Positions 1-13,300 of a stretch of DNA of 64,000 bases are shown here, piece after piece (the stretch's first letter is position 1; each line of letters begins with the position of its first letter). This DNA comes from Paragordius varius (taxonomy: Eukaryota > Animalia > Nematomorpha), in NCBI GenBank assembly GCA_964247055.1, contig OZ176053.1, positions 6,696,001 to 6,760,000 of the forward strand, written 5' to 3'. Below the pieces are notes generated by a model. The model saw nothing but the letters and a program-made list of their open reading frames with translations. It did not search any database and was not told the DNA's origin. Both the position numbers and the translations under genes were made by a program.

Positions 1-1262
1 ATTTTAGGCTATTTATATATTGAAAATATCGCCTAAAATGATAATAAACATTAATATTTCAGATTTTATCATTATTTTTTGAATTATCCTTAATTATCCT
101 TAATTTTCACTTTTTGCCCGATTTCGATTTCTCTCAATATTTTAAAAGCTAGGTTGTCAACGAATAAAATTTTTGCGGAAAATGAATACGCTGGTCATAA
201 GCTATCTCATGAAAAAAAAATTTTTCGTTAAAAATTTTTTTGCACACAGTGTATATATATATATCTAAGGATGGATGTTTTTATATAGCCCGATTTTGGA
301 CGCAGTATTATGATAGGGGACATCTTTCAAAATATTTTTTTGTATATTTGAAAAACGAATGATTTATTTAAAATTTTAAAACATTTAAACAAATGATGCG
401 TATAACCGATCCGACTTGTGGTCATTTAATACGATCATTTTCTTGACTTGGAAAATAATTTGGTTTTTGATTTATTCAACCTTTTGTCGGAGAATGAGTA
501 CACAAATGGTTCACTAAAAATTTAAATGATTACATTTGTTTTTCATATCAAAGAAAATGCGTAAAAATGTTACTTTACTCTCATATCTGTGTATAATTTT
601 TTTTATTTTGTTTAACACTTCATGTTTAACTTTTGTCTAGTTTTATATTTCAGAGCTCAATTTAGTAAATAAGCTAAGGTTTTGAAAATTGTTTTTGTTA
701 AAATTTAATTAGCAATTGTTATTAGTATTGAAAAAAGCTAATATTTTTTACAGTTTTGAGACTTCTAGAATCTAAAATTGGAACTCTTTAAAACACGACA
801 ATATCAAGTTTTTGCTAGTAAAATGTAGCCTAAAAGCTTTTTTTAGTTAATTATTTACATTTTCTAACCAAAATATAATATTAGCCCGTTGCATTAGCAA
901 TTAAAAAAATTAAAGCAAAAATAGCGGCGAAAAACTTTGATCTGAGGATTTTTTTACAATTTTCATTTTTTTAAATTTGTCTAATGTGCCTTAAAGGCTA
1001 AAGTAGGCATATTATAAAATTCGGCAGTCTAATACCTTAAATTTTAAGATGATCAAATTTCAAATCGCTCTGGAATATTTAACTTCAAAAGGTCATGGAG
1101 TTTTAAAATTGGATTTTCAGCTAAATTTTTAACAGCGGATAATTTTCATAAGAATCGATGGTATTTTCTAAAAATGTTTGCAAAGTTGTTACAGATTAAA
1201 TTCTTTGAGCAGATATATAATTTACCTTTATATCAATAAAGCTGAAGAATTAATATTTATAG

Positions 1263-1368
1263 GTGTTACTGGCTTAGCAAATTTATGCAAAGTGGATGAA
1301 AGCTGTTTTTTAGTTCATCCGAAAGGCGCAGCTACAGCTCTAACAATAGCACATGAAATCGGACATTT
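1263..1368 (+). CDS. ADAMTS exon: first half of the Zn-binding motif (…TIAHEIGH)
   Basis: AG at 1261-62, GT at 1369-70; translates GVTGLANLCKVDESC…AHEIGHL. Confidence 0.9.
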
Positions 1369-4300
1369 GTAATTATTACATAATATTAATTACAATATTT
1401 GTTAAATAAGCCAGTGCATATGCCTTACCGGTTTAACTATAGAAGACGAACGAAAAGTACGTGCTCATTAATTTGACACACCATATTGTTTATTTGATTT
1501 TGAATAACATAACACTCACAATGAGTCCGAACACTAGCTTCTTGTCATTCAGTAATCGAATTTTGTAATTGTAAAAAAACATTTGTCGCACCCCTTGCTT
1601 TTCCTCGGAAGTAAAATACTGTTAAATGTCATTTTACCGACATATACGGAACAAGCAACATCGATCAAATCATGTGAAAATTTCGTAAATTTAAAAGATG
1701 AAATCTTGCAAAAGAGATCTTTGGCAGAAAACTAACATCCATGACGAAAAGCAATCAGACGCCTGATGGGAAAAAATCGCAAAATGATTTGTGAAACCTG
1801 ATCCAGGAAAGGGTATCATTTTTATGCCGAATCGTAACGAGTGATGAGAAGCGGCTTTATTTGGTTAATCCAAAGTGGGAAATATCGTGTGCACCTTACC
1901 AAGGTGATTCATCAACAGCCTAAATTGCTTTATCAAGACCATGTTCTATGTTTGGTAAGATCAAAGCAGCATTGTATATTATTAACTTTTAAACCGAGAT
2001 AAAGTTAATACACCAAGTCAACAAATGAGGAATCTGTTTATCGATTGAAAAACGACCGGAATGAGCCAGAAGACATGGCAAAGTAGTTTGGCCACATGAC
2101 AATGCTCGTCTTAAACAGCAAACTAGTGAAACACACCGTAAAATCGTAATAAAAAATTTTTTAGTTTCCGTCCTCTCTTGACCTGGCACCTTTTGATCAT
2201 TACGTCTTGGCATCAATAGGCCACCTCACAGAAAAGCGCTTCAATAGTTTCGAAGCTAAAGAGTTTGCTAAATTTGCAAAAAATAATCAGTTTTTCTGGC
2301 TTGACATTAATATACACATGAGAATTGGGGAAGGTGTGTAAGCCGATGTACAATATTTTGAATAAAACTTATAATTGAATACCCTTCAAATACTTGTGAT
2401 TATCACGAATACTAAAACAAATATTATTATATGGCAACCCTATGCTTTTACAAACCTTGATTTTTTCTGACCAAAATAATTTTAACTGTCCAAATAGTCT
2501 TTCCAATTTCCATCTCTATTCCATAATCATCCTTGAAATATAACTTAATTATGTATATTGTTTTTTTAAAGTCGTTTAGTCTACGTGTTATCTATATATA
2601 TTCAATTTTTATTATTTGGCTACACTTGGGAACTGATAATGCAAGAGAGCTAAATGCATTTTCTAATATTATAATATACGATGCACATATAAATGCGTAG
2701 GATGGGTGCTATACATGATAATTCCGAATCCTGCAATCACACCCAAAAAGGCATTATGAATTATGTTCATGGCAAAGATATTATATGGTCAGAATGCAGT
2801 ACCAATGCCATCAATATCTATTTAAAGTTTACCTAGATTTATTAATATTTTTATTTTTGAGTAAAATTTTGTGGTACATTTTTACGTTTTACAAAAAATT
2901 TATAAATATAGTAAATCCATGGCCCTTTTTATTGTAATGTCGTTGTTAGGAAAATTAATTGTAGAAAGAAACAAAGGTAAAAATAGTAAAACTTGAAAGT
3001 TATTTATTCGTTTTTCATTGTCTTTATATAACATTTTTTCAACATAATTTGCATGATATAAATTAAACAAATAAAATTTCGAGTAATTAATGAATATATT
3101 ATTTACATAATACAAAAATATAGAAATATAGATTATTATGCAAATATCACTAAAATTTTTATCATACATAAAAAAATATAATTAAAATTGCATTTGTAAT
3201 ATGTAATAATGTCTTTTTTGGTTTTAAATAATGAAAAATTTGTATTAGTTTTGTAAAGAACTCTTAGTTTTAAGGGATCTCTAACTTATTGATTTATTAT
3301 TACCCGTTCGATACCTAGAAATAAATATACATGTCCCATTAATGATTTTTTAATTTCATTTTTTTAATAAACTTATTTTAACATTTTAAGTATTAGTATT
3401 TCAAAATTTTGCTATAAATTCATAAAAATATATTTAAAATTTTTTTAGTTACGGACTGGGTTAATTAAATGCTTTAACTAAAATTCAAAAACCAGTGCAA
3501 CAAAATGCTTTTCTGCAAAACTATATTTTAAACGATTTTTAATCCTTAAAAGAACTTAGCATATAATATATATTTTGGTAAAATCTGATTTTTGCATTTT
3601 AGGCCCTTATAAATAATTGCGATTTTGCCAAATTTAAGTCACTTAAACTCATGAAAATGTTTAGAAGAAAATTCCTAAGGAAGCTGATTTTTGATAACAT
3701 ATTTTAGGGTTCATGCAATCAAACCTTTAAACTTTAAAGTTTATTATCATTCCTAAAATACTAAAATTGGAAAACTCAATTTTAAACTCAAAATTTTGAT
3801 CCTCTATTTATATTAGTTAATCCTTTTATATTAAAAAAAAAATAACATGATCTCACCGTTTGCACTACAACTTTAGCTGAAAATAATTTTCGATATGATT
3901 ATAAAAAACACGATGGATCCCTTGTCCAATACTTTGCTATCCTGCAAATGAAATTCGATCATGATTAATGAAATAATTTAATTTTTGGCATTATGCGTTA
4001 TTTTGTTATCTAAAAAAATTTTCCAGGCACATTAATATAACATTCTACATCTTTTCTGGTTCTATTCCTAAAATATTTTTATATTTTTAGATCTCCCTGG
4101 AGCAAATGTCTAACAGTAAAAAGCATTACACGAGAGCCTCATTCATTCGCGCCAGATATACAGTATCCGAGAAATTACTCAAGCGCTTGCACCTTTAACA
4201 AGGAGTTCATAAACATTTGTGAGGTTTAGATGATTTAAACCATTTATATTTTTTATTTAATCAAATACGTAAAATTAAACTATGTCAAATTTAATCATCA

Positions 4301-7300
4301 TGAAAAAACTTAACTCTCGCTATATATAAATATTTGTTCAGTTGGATGTCTTGGTCAAACACAACTTTTTTATTGCAAAGTCATATCTAAATTCATATAG
4401 GATTTTATGTAATTTTAAACGTTAGAATTTTAAGTCAACGCCTCGATTTATTTCCATCTTGGAGTAAAAATCATGTTTTACAGAATATATATTTTGCATT
4501 TAATAATTTATGTCATTTATTAATATGATTAAATAATATCGATTCCAAAAAAAAAACTTTAGAACTTAAATATTGATGTTTACATAAAAAATGTCTAACT
4601 TATATATTTAAAACAAAAATGATAAATTCTAATTTGCCAATTTTATATTGTAATTTACTAATTAAACAACTGGATTCTAAAAAAACTATTCAGAGTTATC
4701 GATTAAAATGCAAATTACCACCATTTTTATTACCTATATAAAATACCAAGTAAAGAAAATTATTTAACATGACACTGACATATGATTTAGATATACATAA
4801 TATACCAATCTTGCAACGATTTTAATTGTTGATAGGTCTATCCTAATAAAGGCGAAATGTTAACATATTTAAAGTTGGTTTTGTATTAACCGAAGCTTTT
4901 TTTGACCAATTTAACATATTATAATTTAGCAAAACCTCCATATCATTTTTAAAAGGTTTGGTGTTTTGCTCCAGATTTTTAGGCTGATTATCCAGAAAAT
5001 ACTGATAATCAAATGTTGGGAGTTCGGATTATTCATTATATAATATGACGTGTGTCCCGTAATGAATTTAAAATTGTGAAAACCCGTCATTACTTTATCT
5101 AGTTTACAAAACCTATTTCAAAATTTGACTATAACAAATGAGTTTATTTTATTATAGAAAGCCACATGCAGTAATTTATGTTGCAATTATACATATGGAA
5201 TCTTTATGGGTTATGAAAATTTTATGGGTGCCTCCTGTGATCCCGAAACTGGGAAGTTGACTCAAATGGTATTAATAGAATTTAAATTTTATAATATAGC
5301 AAACATTAGCACAATTAATAATCAATGAATTTTAGTTGAAAACAGCCTATATTAAACAAAAATTATAAAATATTAAGGTTATTAAAATTTATATAAAAAT
5401 TCGTTGATGTTTGTTCCTACTATTTTAAACCTACTAATTCTTCCTAATCCATAATTATGGATTACAAAAATAATAATAATTAGTACAATGCAATAATTGG
5501 ACGCAATTAACTTTATTAGCACGGGGCTCACTCCATTATTTTAAATATATGATTAGAAGACAATTTATATAATCTGCTACTAACAACTGATCTTTTTAAT
5601 CCCTATTTTTAAGTGGATGGTTATTAAAAATATGTAAATATACTTGATTGTTTTTTTAACGTAAGTGAATAGAGCGTCAACATTAATGGGGGTCAAAATT
5701 TTATATAACCTCCAGACTTGGTAGATTTAAATTTCAACACAAAGAAGGAATATATTAAAAAAACCTATCTCTCATATTTTTTCGCCTAGATGAAAAATCC
5801 TAATTTTCAATTTAACACATAATCAAATCGCATTTTGTTAAATATATATATATATATATATATGCAAAAACAGGTATTCATATAGCGTTGGTTTTGTTCC
5901 TCAATACAAATTTAGAATAATAATTCTGTGCCGAAAATTCAAAGTTCATTTAGAAGTCATATTTATGTTAGGAAATGCAAGAGATTTAATGAAATTAATT
6001 TTATAAAATAAGGCAGCTTTTGGTTAAATTCTGGGAGTTAAGTTACATGCCTGTGAAACTACATGCAGAAACCATTTTTATTTTATCCAATTTTAAACCA
6101 TGCTAGAACTTAATCTCTGTTCCCTTTTTTATGCAACCCTTTTGATTCATTTTATAAAAAATATAAAATTACCATTATCTAGGTAATGTTTGCCTTAATT
6201 TAAACCATTCCATTTACTATCCAGAACAAAAAGCTTAATTTTAAAACATATATTTTTGGTTATTTTGCCGGTATAATATTCATCAACTACTGATTGTTTG
6301 TAGTAGTATGAATATTCTATTTTGTTAACACCACTCAATTCATGTTGCATCAGTTATTTTATATTTGAATATTATATATATATTTCGTGTAAAGCTTATC
6401 TGTTGTTGAGAATACCCATTGTGTAACGTCTATGCAAATAAGGCATGCACACATAAAAAGAACTTGTGATATAATAGCCAGTCACTTTTTTATTTTGGTT
6501 TTCTTTTTATCGCTCAACTCTATTTTAATATACCATATTGCTATACGTGAATAAATCAACTTTACATTTGGTGCCGTGTTAGCTTTCAATGAAGCGTTGG
6601 ACATTTCAAAACTGATTTTGGAGCCTTTTAAGGAACCGATGAATTTTACGCAATATATACGTCACATCAGGAGAGTCTTAAATTCCAAAAATATCGAATC
6701 CAATGACACCACAATGAAACGCACCTTTCTCGCTTTCGGCGGTATTCAAGTAATAATGAAAATCGAAACTTTAGCATACCCAAAACTCATAGATGACATG
6801 GAATGGGAGGAAATTGCAACATTGGCCACTCAGATATATTCACCAATCAGCAGCCTATGGTTAAATCGAGTTGAATTCTACCGATTAAAAAAAAATGCCA
6901 GATGAATCAGTCATGGATTTCCTGGAACGTCTGAAAGCAAAGTGTGAAGCCGGGAAATTTGAAGGGGATATTCAGTCAAAATTACGCGATTTATTCCTGG
7001 TAGGTCTTGAAAATCCCAGAGTCTAACGCGAAATTCAATCCAAATATCCAGTGGCAAAAAGGACGGGGTCCGGTAAACCTTCAAGCGATTGTAGACATCG
7101 CTTATTCCTATGAATTAGAAGATAAAAAGGTTCACGACATCAGAGATAATAATGATATGAACAATAATAATACCAGTGAACTTCCTTCAAGTATCCAACC
7201 AGTTGTTAATGATAATAATACAATCAATCAAATAACCCGAAAGCTATGTAGTAATTGTGGGTATCGACATGGTTCCGCCACCTGTCCGGCAAAAGGAAAA

Positions 7301-10300
7301 CGGTGTTTCAATTGCGACAAATGGAATCATTTCAGCACAGTATGCAAGGCATCGTTCCGACGGCCGTCAATCCGCACCATGACTAGCCCGAACAACACCC
7401 CCCGGATCCAAGTATTAATAAATAATATACCAACAACGTTTATCTACGATACGGGGGCCGAGGTATCCGTTATTGGCAAGCGCACTTGGGTAAATATTGG
7501 TCGACCTCGTTTGCTCCCAGCTCCAAATTTGCGAACCTACAATGATGGCCCGATAGAAGTACTCGGAAAATCGATGATTTCAGTGGTTTTGAACGAAGAG
7601 GAGAAGTGCCTGCCCTGCGTGGTGACGCAAACTAACCCGCCAGCCGTGTTCGGGATGAATTGGATGCGGGCGTTTCGGTTAGAATTCCCAAAAAATGTTT
7701 TTTAAGTTTTACATACGCAAGCACCTAATAATAAAATGTTATTTGATTGTTTTGACAAATTGTTTTCAGACGAGTTAGGTACTTTCAAGGGGCCCCCAAT
7801 AAAATTATTTATCGACCCCGGGTCCAAACCTAAAGTTTTTCCTTGTCGTAGGGTACCTTTAACTCTAAAACCTTTAGTAGAAAATGAAATTAATAGATTA
7901 AAACTCAAAATACTCCGACCTATCGATCCGACCCAAACCCCAATAACATGGGCCTCTCCCACAGTAAATATAATTAAAGGAAATGGAGAAATTAGGATAT
8001 GTGCCGATTTCCGAATTAGTATCAACCGTTATTTAGCAAAGGATTCTCATCTGATACCTACTTTTGACGAGTTGGCCACCAAAGTGGCAAATGGGATAAT
8101 TTTTTCCACTTTAGACCTGAAAGATGCTTACCTACAATTTCCGATAGACCGGGTCACAGACGCTAGTAACCATCACAACTCACAAAGGGTTTTATGCTTA
8201 CCAACGACTTCCATTCGGATTAACTTCAGCACCTATGATCTTTCAAAGATGCATGGACAATCTTTTAAAGGACATACCTGGTATTTGTGTGTACCTGGAT
8301 GATGTCTTAATTTCCGGAGTTACCAGGGAGGAACATGATCAAAGATTAAGGGAAGTATTTAGAAGGTTACAAGAGGCGGGATTACGATTGCGCCGAGACA
8401 AATTGCAAATTGGCATCTCACGAGTCAAATACATGGGGTACGTGATTTCTGACCAAGGTATTGAGCCGTCCAATGAAAAATTAGAGGCGATTAAAAATTG
8501 TCCGACACCTACAAACAAAACTGAGCTTGGTTCGTTCTTAGGCTTAATAAATTTTCATAAGCGGTTTATACCAAACTGTCACCCACACCTAGCAACCTTA
8601 CACAAGTTAAGTGGAAAGAATACACCGTGGCGGTGGACCCCGGCAGATGATAGTGAATTCGCGAAAGCAAAAAGCTTGCTAACCAGGCCCCCCGCTTTAA
8701 TGCCATTTAACGACCGTTTGCCCTTGTTGATCGAAACAGATGCTTCCAACAAGGGGTTTGGGGCAATACTGTTTCATAAGACCCCACAGGGGAAACGCCC
8801 AATTTTTTACGCGTCACGAACTTTTTCAATAGCAGAAAAGGGTTATTCCACGATAAAAAGAGGCCAAGGCCATAGTGTTTGCCCTAGAAAAATTTAAATA
8901 CTTTATATATGGAAGATCGTTCGAGATATATACAGATCATAAACCGCTGGTGTCACTATTTGGGCGGAAGAGAGATATCAACAACATTAATAATAGCAAA
9001 CTGCTCAGGTGGATATCAAATACCATCGGGTACGAGTATGAAATATTTTACAAGAAAGGGGAAAAAACTTAGCCGACGCGTTGTCGAGACTTCCAATAGA
9101 GCATAGCCAACCAGATGATGAAGATGACGCGGCCACCAAGCAGGTACGATTTTTGGCTCTAAAAACGCTGGATGTAAATAAGAAAGTGGTCGAAGAGGCA
9201 ACGATCACTGACCAACGGTTATCAAATAAAAATGCTCTCAGGACAAACAGTTGGATCGACGAGGATCTGAAACCTTTTTTAAAACATAAAAACGACTTGG
9301 AGTGTTGTTATAATCTGTTATACCTGAATGATCGCTTAGTGATACCACAAGCGATGCAGGAAGCGATATTGAAACTTCTGCATGTGGGACACAGCGGGCT
9401 AAAAACAATGAAAGCCCAAGCCCGGTGTTCGGTATTTTGGCCCGAATTAGACACCGATCTAGCGAATTATGTGGAAAGGTGCGAGGCTTGCCAAACCTAT
9501 CGACCTAACGCACCTGAAAATCTTCCCTATCGATGGAATTTTAACACTTTGACATGGGAAAGGTTACATATAGATGTTGCTGGACCGGTGGACGGATATT
9601 ATTGGTTAGTGAATGACTATCGATAGCGCCTAACGGTGGGTAGAGATAGATCTTCTTAAATCAATAACGAGTCAAAGCGTTTTAAATTGCCTGGAAAAAC
9701 ACATCGCACGATTTGGTTTTTCCCGCCAAATTGTGACCGATAATGCCACGTATTTTACTTCAAGAGAATTTACGACTCTCCTAAATCAGATAAATATAAA
9801 GCACATCTGTGCAGCACCGTATCACCCCAAAACAAACGGTCTAGTAGAGAGAGTAATAAAGACATTAAAAACGAAATACGCCGCTACTAAGACCCAACAA
9901 ATGCATGCATATGAAGCTATCAACACGGTCCTTTATTCGTATCGAACTAGCATGCATCTTCGCTAAAAGAAACGCCTTTCGCCATATTCCTAAAACGGCG
10001 TGTACACAATCCTATCTCTTGGGTAAAAACAACCCCTGTCGAATTTATAGAGCACGAAAATGAACCGAGACGCGAATTCCAACAAGACGATCCTGTCTAT
10101 ATTAAAAATGAAATAGCCTTAGGCTGGCGGCCAGGTCACATTCGGGAGAGAAGCGGGTTACTCTCGTATGAAGTGCAAGATGAGGAAGGGATTCGAAAAC
10201 GTAAACATGCAGATCAGTTACGACGTAGGTCAAGAGGGAATTCATACGAAACTAATCCCTTAATAGAGCATAAATATCCCAGCGTCGAAAGTGTCCCGGG

Positions 10301-13300
10301 TCATGTCGAGGGAGCCCACTCCGAACAAACCTTCCATCCCACCTCGGAATCTCAAATAGTCCATGCCCCAACTCCTGCTACCTCATGGCAAGACGTAGCC
10401 CCAGAATCGCTGACGCCTATAGAGGCCACACCCGACGTGGTAAAGGAGATTTCTGACCTACCCGAGCGTAGATATCCGCTAAGAAGACGGCAGCCTCCCG
10501 ATCGTTTAAACTTATAGGTATAATGTACGAACACGACAGCCCCCGTGGTTAACTTAGGGGGAAAGTAATGTAAGGTTATAATATTCTATTTTGTTAACAC
10601 CCTCAATTCATGTTGCATCAGTTATTTTGTATTTGAATATTATATATATACCTTTTCCCAGTCTAAATAAACGTTTTCCCAGTCAATCGAAACATTTTCC
10701 CAATCAATCGAAACGTTTTCCCAGTCAATCGAAACGTTTTCCCAGTCAATCGAAACATTTTCCCAGTCAATCGAAACGTTTTCCCAGTCAATAGAAACAT
10801 TTTCCCAGTCAATAAAAACATTTTCCCAATCAATAAAAACGTTTTCCCAGTCAATAAAAACGGTTTTATTTTTGATGATAAATATCAAAACAAGACATAA
10901 AAATAACTTTCAACTATTATCAGCGCAATATTAGAATATTATTTTTTTATAAAAACACAATTATTGAATGACCATTTTCCAAGTATATTCCAGTGCACAT
11001 CATTAATGATTTATTCTTTAAAAATCATATTTTTGGAATTTGAGATGTATTTGCATTATTTGCGGCTAACTTACAAATATAGTTACGGATGAAATATTAA
11101 AAATAAAAATAATATACCATTTTTATCTCAAAGGTCATTTAACACTTCATATTGGAATTTTATAATATTTATCATTTCATCGGGTGCCCAACTCGGCGTG
11201 CCGAGTATCTTTGTGCGGCCCGCGAAAAATTTGGAAATCCATATGCAATATGCCCACAAAATCTTAGTAATATTCATACTTCTTTCGCAATTATTCTGAA
11301 TGAGTCTATTAAATTGGCAACAAATTAAAAAAAATGTTATATTTTTGTATTTTACAGTCTTATGTCTAATCGAAAAATTATTAATGAAATACATCAAATG
11401 CGGAACGCTGTGCTTTTTGAGTAATGCGGCCCGCGAAGCCCTTTGGTTAGACACCCCTGTTTTCTAATATCTTTTTATTAATTTTTTTTTAATCAAAAAC
11501 ATTTTTATCGAAAAAATTTTTGTTTAAATATTTTTTCCGACAGTATTTTTATAGAAAAACTTAAAAAGTTTAGAGACTGTTTTGAAGCTTTCGGCAAATA
11601 TTAATGCGAACTATCAATAAATCAAAAAATATTATCTTAAATACATCTCAAATTCCAAAAATTAATTTTTAAAGAATAAGTGATTAATGATTGTGCACTG
11701 GAATATACTTGGAAAATGGTAATTTAATGATTGTGTTTTTATAAAAAAATAATATCCTAATATTACGCTGATAATGGCTGAAAGTTATTTTTATGTCTTG
11801 TTTTGATATTTATCATCAAAAATAAAACCGTTTTTATTGACTGGGAAAACGTTTTTATTGATTGGGAAAACGTTTCGATTGACTGGGAAAATGTTTCGAT
11901 TGACTGGGAAAACGTTTCGATTGATTGGGAAAATGTTTCGATTGACTGGGAAAACGTTTATTTAGACTGGGAAATGGTATATTTCGTGTTAAAGCTTATC
12001 TGTTGTTGAGAATAACCATTGTGTAACGTCTATGCAAATAAGGCATGCACAAATAAAAAGAACTTGTGATATAATAGCCAGTCATCTTTTTTATTTTGGT
12101 TTTCTTTTTATCGCTCTACTCTATTTTAATATACCATATTGCTATACGTGAATAAATCAACTATACACATATGGTTTTGGTTATTTTGCCGGTATAATAT
12201 TCATCAACTACTGATTGTTTGTGGTAGTATGTTAGACTATTATTAAGTATATATATAGTTTTGTTCATACCAAGTTAAAACTAATTAATTATCATTTTAA
12301 AATATTATTATATTTTTTTCCATATGAAGAATCAAACTGATTATAAATGTTTTGGATTAAAATGTGTAAGAAAACCGACAAATTTAACTTCGAGTTGGGG
12401 AAGCTGGAGTGCTTGGAGTCCCTGCAATGGAAACTATCACGTAGGAATCAGGGCCAAACGAAGACGATGTGAATACGATAGCGACTATGCACCACCGTGT
12501 CAGGGAAAACCATTAAAAATCAAGACATGCTTGCTAAAAGTATACATTCTAAAAATAGAGTTTATTTTTGGCCAATTGGTAGGTAATAAAATAGCGTATG
12601 AGTATAAAAACAAATAGTTGAAATTACAATTTTTTACCATATTAAATTTTAGTTAATGGACCAAATTGTTTTCTATCATAAGTATAATTACTATTGGCCA
12701 ACAATATTAAGAAATGATCAACATTATGTCCATACTGTATTTGAGTTAGATACTTAAACAACCGTTCTTTCCACCCTTATTTATAGGCTTTTATTGAAAA
12801 AATTGGCATAACCATAATTCTAGAGTATTATGAGTTCTGGTAGGAACCAGATTCTGTAAGTCAATTTATAATTATTTCATCCGACAAAAATATTAAATAT
12901 ATTTTTCTCGCCATTTAATGAATTAGCACATAAAGATAAAAACGACATTTCATTTTGACTTTTGGTAGAATGGCTAATTCAGATGTGTAATATATGCGTG
13001 CGCATATAATAAAGTTTATACCCGGTACAATTTTTTATGACTGTATGTGTCGCTGTTAACACTGGGCAGGCTAGTGATAAATAATTTATTGTTCTTAAAA
13101 TAATAAAAATATAACAACGAGATATTCTACACTGTAATTAAAATATAATTTAAATTCTCTATCCAAAATTTAAGAATGTTAGTATCTTTTCCAATACATG
13201 AAACTAAAAACAAATGAATAATATTGATAAATTTTTTTAAAACTAAATGCAGTAGCCTATGGCATAAAACACTATTAGTCCATAAAAGAATAAAAAATGT

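Larger units (their letters stand above)
10651..11977. mobile_element. Foldback-type non-autonomous DNA transposon with long TIRs
   Basis: Inverted arms 10651-11052 and 11639-11977; CC…GG ends; inserted in a (TA)n run with a net gain of TATA relative to the 5' LTR; arms begin with 21-bp tandem arrays. Confidence 0.85.
6311..12167 (+). mobile_element. Ty3/Gypsy LTR retrotransposon (probably Mag/K02A2.6-like), frameshifted, in ADAMTS intron
   Basis: Two ~260-bp LTRs, PBS and PPT; domain order gag(2xCCHC)-PR(DTGA)-RT(YLDD)-RNaseH(TDAS, TDHKPL)-IN(HH-CC, HIDVAGP, TDNA, NGLVER). Confidence 0.95.
10569..12167 (+). repeat. 3' LTR, interrupted by a foldback element
   Basis: TG…CA ends; the halves 10569-10650 and 11978-12167 reconstitute the 5' LTR sequence. 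Confidence 0.9.

Noticed and set aside
280-520. Possible upstream ADAMTS exon (TIIFLTWK resembling AILLTRK)
   Set aside because: The frame is closed by a TAA just upstream with no AG acceptor in between.
10591-12009. ORFs with IDWENVS or PSQSKRF heptad repeats; CRISPR-like appearance
   Set aside because: They are translations of the foldback's 21-bp tandem array; the units abut with no unique spacers, and the context is eukaryotic.
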